From: Octopus sinensis
Taxonomy: Eukaryota
Length of the DNA stretch: 64,000 bases
NCBI RefSeq assembly: GCF_006345805.1
Contig: NC_043003.1
Coordinates: 34,100,001 to 34,164,000 of the forward strand
Direction of reading: 5' to 3'
The notes below the pieces were generated by a model, which worked only from the letters and a program-made list of their open reading frames with translations, was not told the origin of the DNA and made no database searches. Shown here in pieces: positions 50,264-64,000 of the stretch. Each line of letters begins with the position of its first letter. The stretch's first letter is position 1. The position numbers were made by a program, and so were the translations under genes.

Positions 50264-50734
50264 TACATCGACCCCAATAGTGAAAGTAATAATAACGCCT
50301 CAGTCACTATGGTTATTGTGATTATTATATTTATTTTCACGTATCAACATCATTATCGTGAACATATTATTATGTAGGATTTCAGATTTTATCAGGCATT
50401 TCATTCCTGATTGTTGTCATGAACATCAATAGTATTTCTAAAATCTTCCTCAATAAAGCAGTCCTGGTAGTATTGGTATTAGTAGTGATGGTGCTAGTAG
50501 TGGTGGCTTTGGTGGTAGTGGAAGTGATGGTGGTAGAAGTAGTTATCTCAGTAGCTGTTAATAGTTGCCATGGGTTTTATTTATTGTTTTCAACATAGAC
50601 TTCATTGCAGTGACCCAGGGTAAAAGATCATTATCATAACTGCATTGTTGTTATTATTATTTTTACGACTGTTATTGTTAGAATTATTAATGCTACACTT
50701 ATCTTTGATAACCAAAACGGGAGAGTATAGACAT

Positions 50735-50765
50735 CATCATCATTATTATTATTATGATTATTATA

Positions 50766-50800
<35 letters not shown>

Positions 50801-50976
50801 GATTATTATTATTATATTATTATTATTATTATTATTATTATCATTATTATCATTATTATTATTATTATTATTTATTATTATTATTATACTGTATACAGCA
50901 AAATGGCGGTGCCCCAGCATGGCCACAGCTCATAAGCTGAAACTAGAATCAATCAATCAATTCTTATTATTATTAC

Positions 50977-51036
<60 letters not shown>

Positions 51037-51075
51037 TAATAATATTACTACCATCATCATCATCATCATCATATT
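50735..51075 (+). repeat. (TAT)n/(CAT)n arrays split by a SINE tail fragment at 50905-50955
   Basis: Direct reading; GGCGGTGCCCCAGCATGGCCACAG matches the OR2-like tail. Confidence 0.9.
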
Positions 51076-51405
51076 CATCATCATTGCACCTACACCTGGC
51101 ACTATTTCGATAACTTCATGTTTATTTATTCGTATAGACAATAATCTGATTTGTTTTCTCTTTTTATTGTTAATTCAATGTTAAACACTGATCCCCCCCA
51201 CTCCCCTGCTAAAGTGCGGGTGGATTTAGATATATATGTGTACAGGCGTGTGCGTGTGTGTCTGCATGTGTGTGTGTGAGAGTGTGTGAATATATATTTA
51301 TATATATATATATATATATAAACACACACACACACCAGTTTCTAATATTTTTGTACGAAATATATTTTTCCGTTTTATGTGAGGGGACCCTCAGGCAGTT
51401 AAACA

Positions 51406-51450
<45 letters not shown>

Positions 51451-51655
51451 ATAGTGCTTGTGGTTTTTGTTGTGGTGGTGCTAGTGGTGGTGGCAGTATT
51501 AATCAATATTAACAATGATGATGGTAATGGGCGCAATACGTTAACTCAGTCCAAAAGCTATGTTGTTCATTGTTGCTAAATAGCAATAATCGGAACTTTT
51601 ATTTATGCAAACATTTCCTGTATATAGTTCAATTATATCTTTATCTGTCTGCCTG

Positions 51656-51726
<71 letters not shown>

Positions 51727-53079
51727 CTAGCTAACTAGCTAGCTAGCTAGCTACGTATATTTGTATACGTATGCAAATGCATACATATGCAAATATACAT
51801 CTATGTATTTATATCTGATTTATGGATATAATATTCTTACTATGTATATATACATATATATGTATGTGTGTGTGTTTGTGTGTCTGTATACATATACATA
51901 TACACACTTACATCTAAAGACACACACAAATACACACACATACACACAGGAGCCTATAATGATCAATGTTCTACCTCTCTAGCCGGTTACTAATTGTCTA
52001 ATTATTTAAACTCAGTGTAGTAAACTTTGATTGTTGAGTACATTGAAATATTGTCGTAAAGGCGCTGTTCAAACGAGAGTGTCTGTCTTTTTTTACTACA
52101 TGAAATCTTTTCTACACTATACCTTTACAGATTATGTCCTATATATATCTGATAACTTATCTTACAAAGATACAGTGATGAGAAAAATATTATGTAACAG
52201 ATAATGCCTAGGAATTTAAGAAACACCATCTTGATTTAAGTATTTGATTAATCCCTCGCTGAAAGTTTACTCTGTATTGTGGATATACACACAAGCAATA
52301 TGGAACTTTATGTGAGAAAGCCAATTGGATAGATTTCCCTGGCAACTAATTAAATTTCACCACTATTCAAAATATCGCAAAAATTTTAAGGATCCTTAAA
52401 TTGCTGAGTTCGAAATCATCAAGATTTCTTCGCCAGGGAGCCACATATCTTGAGAGAGGTAACAGTCGATCTACATCAGCTTTAGTAAATGACTGGTGCT
52501 TTATTTTATCAACTTTGGTATCCCGTCCAAGAGAGAAAGAACATATGCTATAAAGGGAAGTAATTTAATTTTCTAGGTATTTTATGTCAACACTACCGCA
52601 TAATGCCATCCTGACCCACATTTAAAATAACAATGATAATTATCAACTACAAAAGTTCTATCACTGTGTATTGCTTTATTTCTCTTTATTATTATATTGT
52701 GTAAAAAGTCGTAAAATAATGGTCGTGTAATCTTTTCATGTAGGCTTATTTATATCATAACATTAAAATATAGTATTTTTGCTTTCATTTCAGGGATTGC
52801 TATAGATATTTTACTATATAATTTCTGCAGAATGTTTATGAATGGAACGGTGACATAATTATTTCATAAAATATAAGTAAGTTTCTTGTAGTATATCATT
52901 CATGTATTTTTTTTCTTGCTGATGTTTATTTTCTGTGTAATATCAGTGCAAAATAAGAGGCCCAGTAATGTTCGTAAATAACAAAATAATACAATTCACA
53001 CACCAATAGCAAATACAAATTGTACCAATCTTAAGTGACTAGTTTGTAAGTAGCGTAAATTCATTAAGGTGTATGCGTG

Positions 53080-53156
53080 TGGAAATGCAAACTGAGCGAT
53101 ATATACATATATACATGTACACATATACACACATTTGTTCATAAATACATACATAC

Positions 53157-53195
<39 letters not shown>

Positions 53196-53398
53196 CATAG
53201 ATGCATATACATACATATATACATGCACATATATAAATACATTTTGTCTATACACATTCCCATATGAACGGTTATATAAATACTTATACATACGTATATA
53301 TATGTGCACGTGCGTATATATGCATACATAATATATTTATACATACGTACAAATATATGATATATAAATATACATAAATGTGAAGATATCTACTTCGT

Positions 53399-53435
<37 letters not shown>

Positions 53436-53653
53436 CATTACAAAAAATAAGTATTTATACAGATGTTCTTGTCTTCAAACATATGCGACCAAAAGGCATG
53501 TATCCTTGTGTATTTATGTATGTATGTATGAATGCATATTTATATATATGTTGTGCATATATTATATGTATGTATGTGTATATATATTTATCTGCATACG
53601 TATATATATATGTATATATATATGCATGTATATATATTTATCTGCATACGTAT

Positions 53654-53703
<50 letters not shown>

Positions 53704-54232
53704 CGTGAATATATATATTGTATATATATATATACGTGCATACATATATGTAATTTGAGTTGATGGGTAGAATGTTCGTATATTCAGCGTCAATAAATTT
53801 GATAATCTTTAAAACAAAATATTTCATCTCTGTTTAAATCTATGTATCTGTATAAGGTGTGTTTATATAATATTATATTTATATATATATATATAATATA
53901 TATATATAATATATATATGCAACAAACATATACATATGTATATAATATATATATGAATATATGTGTATCTTTATATATATGTATAGATATTGTTCACAAA
54001 CACACACACACATATATATATATGAGTGTATGTATATGCATACACTCACACACACGCACAAACACGCACAGATACATATTTATATATATTCTATATCAAT
54101 ACGCTTCTAATGACGTATTTAAAACATTTTTTTAGTTTCCAAATTTCATTTTTTATTTTGTATATGAATGTGTGTATCCACGCGCGTGTGTGTAGTATAT
54201 ACATAGACAATGATATATGTATATGTATATGC

Positions 54233-54286
<54 letters not shown>

Positions 54287-54330
54287 TATACATAACATAT
54301 ATAATATATGTATATACATGTGTACTATAC

Positions 54331-54362
<32 letters not shown>

Positions 54363-54608
54363 ATGTATCTATATGTATATACAGTATATATACATATATG
54401 TTTATATAATACACAAATATAGGGTCGTAGGGGATGTAATTTTTTTCTCTCATTCAAATACCGAAGAGCAAAAAAAAAAAGTGGGAAAAAATTATTACTT
54501 TAGAGTCACAACTTGGAATAAAACGTCACAAAATCATATTCTTCTCAGTTTTTTTCATGTTTTCTCTATATTTTCTTTCACTCACACATTGTCTTATATA
54601 TTTATATA

Positions 54609-54663
<55 letters not shown>

Positions 54664-54715
54664 AATATATTATATATATATATACATGTATATATATATA
54701 TATATGTATAGTTTC
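53080..54715. repeat. Large degenerate (TA)n/(TATG)n block
   Basis: Direct reading. Confidence 0.9.
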
Positions 54716-55124
54716 TCCATATCGTCAACCATTATGACAACATTACATCATAAACATTATTTTTTTTAATTAGGGTTATTTCACGTAGTTAAAATATCAA
54801 CGCTGTGGGGTTTTCTTTCTTTTAAATTTGTTTTTTTTTTCTTTTTTATGAGTTTCTTGTTTTTATTCTTCTTAATATTAATATTTTTTTTTTCTTTCTT
54901 TCTTTTCTGTTTAACACAAACAGAGATAATGGCCATTGATTCAAAGAAATATTTCTTAGTATACACACGTATATGTGTTTGGGGAGAAAGAGACAAACGT
55001 AGAGTGACGGAGAAAAAGATTGTTGAATAGATGGGCGAAAGCGGTGGATAGATAGATAAGTAGATAGAGAGACTGATAAACAGACAGTCAGACTGACATA
55101 TAGAGAAATAGACAGACAGACATG

Positions 55125-55199
<75 letters not shown>

Positions 55200-55718
55200 T
55201 GAAATACGAGGGGGCGATCTTTTTAGAGGGACAAAATACATCATATACATAATTTGGAAGATTGAAAGACCAAAACAAAGCAAAGAGAAAAAAACGTAAA
55301 AAAAAACCAAGAGAAATAAGGATTTGTTTTCATTATAGCTAGTCATATGGATTTTAGATGTTCACATGCAAATAAGAATTCGTAAACATATATTGTTCTC
55401 AGATACGCAGCTCCCCCCCCCCCCACACATCTCACTATGTATGTATACACACACACAAATATATATACGTGCATACATACAATCATGCATGCATGCATAC
55501 ATACATACATACATACATACATACGTACGTACGTACATACATACATACATACATACACACGTACACATACATACATACATGTTTGTGAATGTACTTCTGT
55601 CTCTGTCTGTGAATGTAAATGCCCCTATGTAAGTGTTTTAGCATGTATAACGATGCTGTACTATTTTCTAGCATCTAATATATATGTATCTTCCAGAGCA
55701 TCTTTAAATAGTCACATG

Positions 55719-55759
<41 letters not shown>

Positions 55760-56149
55760 GTGTGTGTGTGTGTATGTGTGTGTGTGTGTGTGTACACTGC
55801 AAAGTTATCACAAAACTGCTATTCAGAGAGTCACGTTCCCGTTCGTCAAAACAGTTGTGATGAAAATTTTGGTATTGTAGTACTATTTGTTTCGCCTTTA
55901 TTATCACTTGTGTTCACCTGTGTATATATACATGTCTGTGTGTGCGTACATACACGCACAATTCCATGGATCAAGTCTCCATACCTGAGGCCGATTCACA
56001 TCATGATAGTTGGAAAGAGGTTTACCAGGAAGTGTTCCGTGTTTGATGCTATAAGATATGCACCAACAGAAGTTGCACAGCCCTTCTTCGGAAACTAGCC
56101 GCTGATATATCAGTACATTCTATGCATAACTATGTATCAAGAAGTCTTC

Positions 56150-56720
56150 AAAATAACAGAGACATTGACAAACTAGAATATTCTATGCTAGGTATACAAC
56201 CGGGATATTAGCTTTCACTTCGAAGGATACGCTTTTGCAACACAAGTCCAGGAAATATCCAAAAAATATGAGCCGCAAGGAAGTAGTGATGCAGAAAATA
56301 GCAACAAAATGTGACATTATATTCAGGCTTTATGGAATTGACACTGAAGAAGTCACCCAATACATTAGTAGCTGCCCGAAATTGTCCTCATGGCATTACT
56401 TACTTATGAGACATGATGTGGCTGGAACACTAGATAGCGAACCTCGTACAGAGGATGATACTGATAAGACAAATGTAAAAAGCTACAGTGACGTGGTGGG
56501 CATAACCACACCTAGTTCGAAAGAATATTCGAAGCATGCCCCTGTCAAATCTTCAGTAAAATTCAAGTACATTAGACTAGACATACTTATGTAGGAGTAC
56601 GAAAGAAATTATTTCAACTATAGTTGAAATAATTTACCTTAGGGATATCGATAGAATGTTAAATGTTTGTAGAAAAGAGAACACTTATGCCAAAATGATA
56701 GGAAATCTGTAATACGCCAT
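56150..56720 (+). mobile_element. R4/Dong-like C-terminal fragment (CCHC + restriction-like endonuclease)
   Basis: EGYAFATQVQEI, CDIIFRLY...EEVTQYISSCPKLS...MRHDVA, RLDILM...TIVEI. Confidence 0.7.
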
Positions 56721-56899
56721 TCTGGCTATTATTTGAAATTTCTACCTATATATATATTAGTGTACTTGGCTAGAAGATTATAGATACAATCTGCCAAATG
56801 TACTGGTCAACCTGAGGTTATGATAGGAGCCAGTCGGCCATTGCGCCAAGCAGCAGTATTGAAACTCGACTACGTTTTCGACAGGCAAACTTCTTACCC

Positions 56900-56947
<48 letters not shown>

Positions 56948-58557
56948 TACATAAATACATACATACATACATACATACATACATACATACATCATACATA
57001 CATACATACATACATGTATACATACATGCATGCATAACTATATATATATATATATATGATAGCTACTGAAATTGTGCATGAATGTGCATATGTACGAATA
57101 CTTGTGTGCTTTTGTGTGTTTATGTTTGTCTACAAAGTTGATGCCAAATTGTAATGTGATAAATACATTTGAGAAAGAGCACGTCAATATTCCTCGTAAC
57201 GAATAGTTAGTTCCTTCCTTAAACTATACAGAACAGTTCTCGTCAGATAATGCAATGGTTGCCAAATTTTATTTGGCAAGTAATTTTAGCCATGCTACCT
57301 AAGAAGTCAAATAGGGGGCTATCCTAGACATTTGATCGATTCATGAGTCACTGCTTGCATTCCTGTCCAAAGCTAGCCAACATTAGACAGCTGTTTTAAT
57401 CAACATCGTATTGTAGGCAATTTGTGGTCATTTTTCTCGTTTAGTTCTGATGTGAATGTAGCGTATATTGTAATTATCTGTCTTTCAGATCTTCTACTAA
57501 GTTGATAGTACTTCCGAGATAATTTCACCTCTTACTCGTCATGGTCAGATATTCATTGCATCACATTTATTTCCATCTCTCTGAGAAGTTGCTAAATATG
57601 TACCATTTATATATAGGAGAAACCGACTAAACTGCCATAAAATTTTCCAAGTAATAAACTTTAGTCTGTACCTATATGCTCATCATTACAATTGACTATA
57701 TTAATTCATATATAAAATTAGCTGCAAAATGTTAGAATATGCAATAGTTTTTGCTTTTTTCGCAAAACAAAAAGAAAAATTATATTAACAGCTTTTAAAT
57801 TGTGGTATTGCGTTGCAATAAATTGAATGCCGAAATAAATTGAATCTAGTTGTTTCTTCGGAACGGTTTAAGGATTATATAAAATAAAAAATATATGTCT
57901 CAATACGAACTTCAAGGGGAAAAAATCATAATAATATGCATACATACGTTTATTTATTCATAAATAAATACATACATGTATATGTATATATCTATCCATA
58001 CATTCATATATACGTAGATGCATAGATACATACATACGTACATACATACATACATATGCAAGCATATATACATATCTATTAAATAATTAATAGTGCATTC
58101 TACCACGTTTGAAATGCGATGCATATTTTCTAAAACGTTCTGTATTATACCATTTAATTAATCCCCAGTTGCTGTGCATGCGCTTTTAAGTGTACTAAAC
58201 AAACCATTTTATACACTATAATTTATTAATTTCCTTGTGAATCAGAGTTTGGATAATCTTTCCCTAATGAAGTTCAATCAAGGCTAAAAACTAGATAGAT
58301 CGATATTTTCTGTTAAGAGAAAGATTAACACAGATGCGTAACCTTAAGTTTACCTTTATATATACAAACATACATTTATGCAGATATGTATTTACATACA
58401 CACATATGTAGGTACGTATATATATATATATATATGTCTGTATATACATACATACATAGATATCCATGTATATATGTGTTCCAGAGAAGCGGGGATCGTA
58501 GATGACGAAGTAACTAAAACTAATGTACTCAGCAGCAGCAGCAGCAGCAGCAGTAGC

Positions 58558-58595
<38 letters not shown>

Positions 58596-58644
58596 CAGTA
58601 GTAGTAGTAGTAGTAGTAGTAGTAGTCTGTTATGTAATTGTTAG

Positions 58645-58860
58645 TAATAATCCTTTCTACTGAAGGCACAAGGCCTGAAGTTTGTGTTGGGGGACTAGTC
58701 AATACATCAACCACAGTGCGTAACTGGTACTTATTTCAGCAACCCCGAAAGGATGAAAAGCAAAGTTGACCTCGGCAGAATTTGAACTCAGACCGTGGCG
58801 GCAGACGAAATACCACTGAGCATTTGCCCGGCTTGCTAACGATTCTGTCAGCTTGCTGCT
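58645..58860 (-). mobile_element. Meta-type SINE, old-type tail
   Basis: CCCCGAAAGGATGAAAAGCAAAGTTGACCTCGGCAGAATTTGAACTCAG; tail CAGGCCTTGTGCCTTCAGTAGAAAGG on the minus strand. Confidence 0.85.
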
Positions 58861-59854
58861 TTATAAAGGTTAGTACTAATATGTATCGAGGTAGTTTATA
58901 ACCCTGTGGTCATGTGTGGGAAAAAAAAACGAATGACGGGTTGAATATAAAGGAGGTGTTGAATGAAGATTTATTGTCGGTCTATTTACTTTTATGCCTT
59001 GCTGACGATCTTGTTGATGACATTGATGACGTTATGGATCGTGGTTGTGGTGTTGTTGCTATTTTATACTTGCAGTGTTGGTAAGCTAGCAGAAACAGTC
59101 TACAAACGAAGTAAAATGAAAAAATCGGGCACGTGGACCACAGTTGCGATGCTGATAACGATCTATGTATTTGTCTATGGTCTATTGGTAGTAAAGTAAT
59201 GGATGATTTTAACATGGCCAGTCAGAATTAAGAACGTAATGTCCTATCTTACCCTTCACTCCTAATGGGATTATAGAAAAACCCAACACCAGGGTGTTTT
59301 GGGGGGACATCTAAAGCTAGCAGAACCCTTCCCTCTCCAGATTTGGTCATAAACGATTTTTCCTGGTAGAAAGAGAAAACGCGAAGACAAGCCCAATACT
59401 AAGCAGGTATTTTATTGATCTCGAAAGGGTAATTGGCATAGCTGACTTTCGTATTCTAAAGGATGAATTTCAATGCTACTAATTCGCCATCAACTAATGT
59501 ACATATTAATCATTAAATAAGAATGATTAGTCCCTTGGTAAGAAAATATAGGAATTAGAGTTGTATGAAATGTATTATATGACTGATTATATGACCTTCC
59601 CATCACCATTTGGAGGTTATAACAATATCTAAGTGTCAAGTCACTTTGTTTCAATTATCTGCTATTGTCATTAGCGTTGTTAAATTGTTAATAATTTCTT
59701 ACAAATTCAATAATTTTTTATTTTTCTACTTCTGATTCTTATTGAAGATGCTGTTATTACTGCTTTTCTCTCCTGATTTCTTCAGTTTAAAAAAAAATTT
59801 TTTACTTCTCATGTTTTTGAGCTTACATGTATACATACGTATATATAATATGTA

Positions 59855-59918
<64 letters not shown>

Positions 59919-61076
59919 TGTAAGTAGCGGCAGAGTCTTAATTTATATCTATCAATATTAACTTTTCTCATTGGCATTCCATTAAAAAAATGTCATTGTA
60001 AATGTACAACAGCTTACTACTACTACCACTACTACTACTACTAGTTGTAGTAGTAGTAGTAGTAGTGACAATGGCATTTCCTTTATTATCAACACCATCA
60101 TTATCATTAATATTAATTAAAACATTCGTATTGCAATTATTACAAAAAGATTTTTGTTGTTGATAATAGTGTTGAATATGCGATAACACATTCGTTAGAC
60201 ATTTTTTGCTTTTTTTGGGGTTATTCTTTTGCAAATTTTTCATATAATTCTTTCCTCCGTCAACCTTATGGCAATAACAAAGAAATCGTCCCCATCGCCG
60301 TACGTGTCGTCGTCGTTGTCATCATCATCATCGTCATCGTCGTCATCGTCATCATCGTAAGAATTATCTAGATTCCATTTTACCATTCTATATTTTCGCA
60401 ATGTTTTCTATCCCCGGGGATTTCAGTAGTCTTTAACACGAGCATCCTTCTCAATAAAGAAGCATATATATATATATATATATATACACCTGTTTCTGTA
60501 TTGATACATATATGAATATATACATATGGGTATACATATGTTTGTATTTATATCTATATGCATATAAACATATATGTGTGCGTATGTGTGTGTTTGTCTA
60601 TGGATACGTTGGCACGTATGTATGTATACGTGTGTGTATGCATGCCAAAGTATGGATTTATGAGTGAGACGAACGTGTATGTATTTTCAATCGATTTTTT
60701 GCTAATTAGGTGTAAATTTACTCAAATATAGCTTCCATTCTTTGATAAACTTCTACCAACAACTCAAACATTCACATAAAAATTACAAAGCTTCAAAAGC
60801 ACGCAAACACGAATACACCTTCACATATACATACGCTGAGCAACAATTAGATACACACATGCTTTTACAGATAACTTTCTCGACTTATTCAATGTAGATC
60901 TCAACCTCGAACATATCCATATTCCACTGTACACATTCAAGCATTCACAAACAACCACACACACACACACATGCACACGCACACTGACTCACTCACTCAC
61001 ACAAACACACATACAGATATATGTATATATATATACAAACATATATGCATATACATAAACATATAACCACAAACAA

Positions 61077-61113
<37 letters not shown>

Positions 61114-61660
61114 TATATATATATATGTACGTATGCTTGTATCTGTGTGTATGTATATACACTTATATACATACGTATATATGTGTACATGTGTATATGT
61201 ACAAACATATATCTACACTAGTAGATACGTATATACATATATACTTATCATTATACACAAACACATACATATATAGATAGATAGATTGATAGATAGATAT
61301 ACATACATACATATATACATACATACACACAGATGCTATATTCTTGTACGAATTGTTATTCTTAAGTGTGCATGTATAGGTGAGTTTGTATCTGTATATA
61401 GATAGTAAAGTTAGTGTAATATTTATATCAAATTATATATATAAAGTAATTTCTGAGTTAGTTGAATCTATTCAATAGAGAGAATCTTCTCTCTATCGCA
61501 CTCTCATACTCACGCTGTACACGTAATTATGTATGTATGAATGTGTGTACACATTAGTGGAGGTGTGCGTCTAGATGAATGAAATAGGCATATATATATA
61601 TATATATTATATATATATATATGTTTGTGTGTATGTATATGTATACATACAGACACACAC

Positions 61661-61753
<93 letters not shown>

Positions 61754-62138
61754 CTCACATACATGTATGTTTGAATGCATACATGAAAAAAAAACAAACT
61801 TAAAGGTGAAAATAGAGAAAGCCATACAGACGTTGACAGACAAATACGGCATAAATATTTTAAATATTGGATTTTATCGCTTAGTAATGGGGCTGTGGGC
61901 ATAAAAATTTGCTATATCCGTGTGCTTTAAAAACATTATATGAGACATTAAATCAAGAAATAGTAATAAAAAGAGTGGGGTGGAGAAAGAGAGAATGATT
62001 AATGACAACGCAAGAAGGTTAGAGAATGAATCTTGGAATACATGGCCGATTATCTCCGTAAGGTTGGCGAGATCTTCATATTTTCTTATTCCCTCTTTTC
62101 TATCAGTCTTACAACCGCCATGCATATCACGCCGGTTT

Positions 62139-62181
<43 letters not shown>

Positions 62182-62781
62182 TATATATATATATATTATA
62201 TATGTTATATTATATATGTGTATATATATATATGTATATATATATAATATATATATATATTATATATATATATATATATATATGAATATATGCTGATTTA
62301 TTATTCTTTTTTGTTTCTGTTAAATATATCTCAAATATAGGTTAAATATTTTTTTATATATATTAGCGTTTTATCTTTGTTTTTTTTTCTTTTCATTTAA
62401 ATTTAATTTTTTTTTTTTGTAATATATTTCCATGAATAAATTTATTTTAAATTTTTTATTTATTTATTATTATTATTTTTTTATTATTATTATTTTTTGT
62501 GAAGTGTCTAATGATGTGTGGATGTATCCAGTTGGCAAGGAGACGCTTAGTTCTGTTGTAATAATAGTTGCTCTAGTTCATCAGCCGATCTATATAGAAA
62601 TGCCGCCGACTCTCTGTAGCCAGCTATAAGCTGTTTTATAGTTGCCACTTCACTGGGGCTGAGTTGATTTTTGGAATTCTGTTTCTTCATACTCAGATCT
62701 GTTGGGCCTGCAAAAATAAAATATAGTAATTAAGAAAGAGCTACATTTGGAAATAAAAAATAAAATATACACAATAAAAAA

Positions 62782-63165
62782 TCTCTCTCTATATAAACGG
62801 CAGTTTGTCTGTGCGTGTTTCTGTGTGTCTGTTTGCTTGTACCCTCACCCTGACCACGGCTTTCAACCGATTCTGATGAAACTTGACACACACATAGCCC
62901 AATGTCATAATTCAAAACTAACGTAGCGAAAATTTTGAAAAGTTCCCCCAGTTCTGAAAAAAATCGATAAATTCGACATGGGGTCGAGAATCAGAAACAC
63001 AAACCGCAAACTTTCTAGGGGACGCAACTCCACCTTTTTTCACTCTCAAAAAAAATTTACCATCATTTTTTTCCATTTTTTTGCTATTTTTTGGCTATAA
63101 CTCTCTAAAAATGCTTTATAGTTATTTCCCTTACAAACCTGAGCAACGCCGGGCGATACTGCTAG
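62782..63165 (+). mobile_element. Non-autonomous Helitron
   Basis: A|TC start, subterminal CCTGAGCAACGCCGGG hairpin, CTAG|T end. Confidence 0.8.
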
Positions 63166-63351
63166 TATCTTATATGTATCAATCAAAATTTGAGAAGCGC
63201 ATAGTTTGAATGCCTGTCGAGGATTGTTGACCATTTTGCCAAGTCTTCTAAAAAGGTAGTTACTCGATTCTGTAAGGTGTCCTCACAGCCTACAAGTGCT
63301 GGCGAATTTCCTTTATTTTCTGTATATGTTTATATGTTTGTGTGTGTGTGT

Positions 63352-63498
63352 GTGTCGTAAGAAGCTTGCTTCCCAACCACATGGTTCCGGGTTCAGTTCT
63401 ACTGCGTGGCACCTTGAGCAAGTGTCTTCTATTATAGCCTCGGACCAATCAAAGCCTTGTGAGTGGATTTGGTAGACGGAAACTGAAAGAAGCCCGTC

Positions 63499-63558
<60 letters not shown>

Positions 63559-63798
63559 GTGTGTGTGTGTGTATGCATGTATGTGTGTATTTGTGTGTCT
63601 GTGTTTGTCCCCCACCATCTCTTAACAACCAATGTCGGTGCGTTTTCGTCCCCGTAATGTAGCGGTTCGGCAAAAGAGACTGATAGCGTAAGTACTAGGC
63701 TCACAAAGAATAAGTCTTCGGGTTGATTTGTTCGTCTAAAGCCGGTGCTCCAGCATGACCGGAGTCAAATGAATGAAACAAGTAAAAGAATAAAAGAA
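63352..63798 (+). mobile_element. CORE-type SINE (OR2-like)
   Basis: Near-complete copy with expanded internal (TG)n. Confidence 0.88.
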
Positions 63799-64000
63799 TA
63801 TATTTGATTAATGCGAGAGACGGAAGATGGAAGATACGAAAAGTTTTATTGATCACTACTACTGTTTCAAGCCATCTAGAATCTTTCATCTTCTGTCACT
63901 CACGTTAATCAAATACCCAATGAACACTGAGCCAGTGAACGTGTTTTATCGCAAAACTACACCAGGTATACCATACCATTTATTGACAGACATATATATA

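Overview
AT-rich, gene-poor eukaryotic DNA saturated with microsatellites and transposon relics. The SINE families resemble the octopus tRNA-derived OR1/OR2 types as I recall them, so a coleoid cephalopod (Octopus) origin is likely but inferred. I could not support any host protein-coding gene; most ORFs in the track are microsatellite or antisense artefacts. Recognisable elements: a decayed Ty3/Gypsy gag-PR-RT; several Tx1/L1-type LINE pieces (one young and open); two RTE 3' ends; two R4/Dong-like fragments; a Penelope GIY-YIG fragment; a full-length mariner; a DD37D/maT; hAT, piggyBac, mariner and Helitron non-autonomous elements; about 20 copies of three tRNA-SINE families. Best leads: (1) the young Meta-type SINE subfamily shares its last ~50 nt with the Tx1-type LINE 3' end (40/52 aligned columns), a candidate SINE/Tx1 partnership, alongside ORF2-less Tx1-tailed elements; (2) a ~190-bp repeat, present three times, carrying a minimal type-I hammerhead fold with a fixed non-canonical core (CUGUYGA instead of CUGANGA); (3) a 34-bp x ~28 minisatellite derived from an internal SINE segment; (4) a near-identical 560-bp x 2.6 tandem array. 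Coordinates were read by eye and are approximate for decayed elements.
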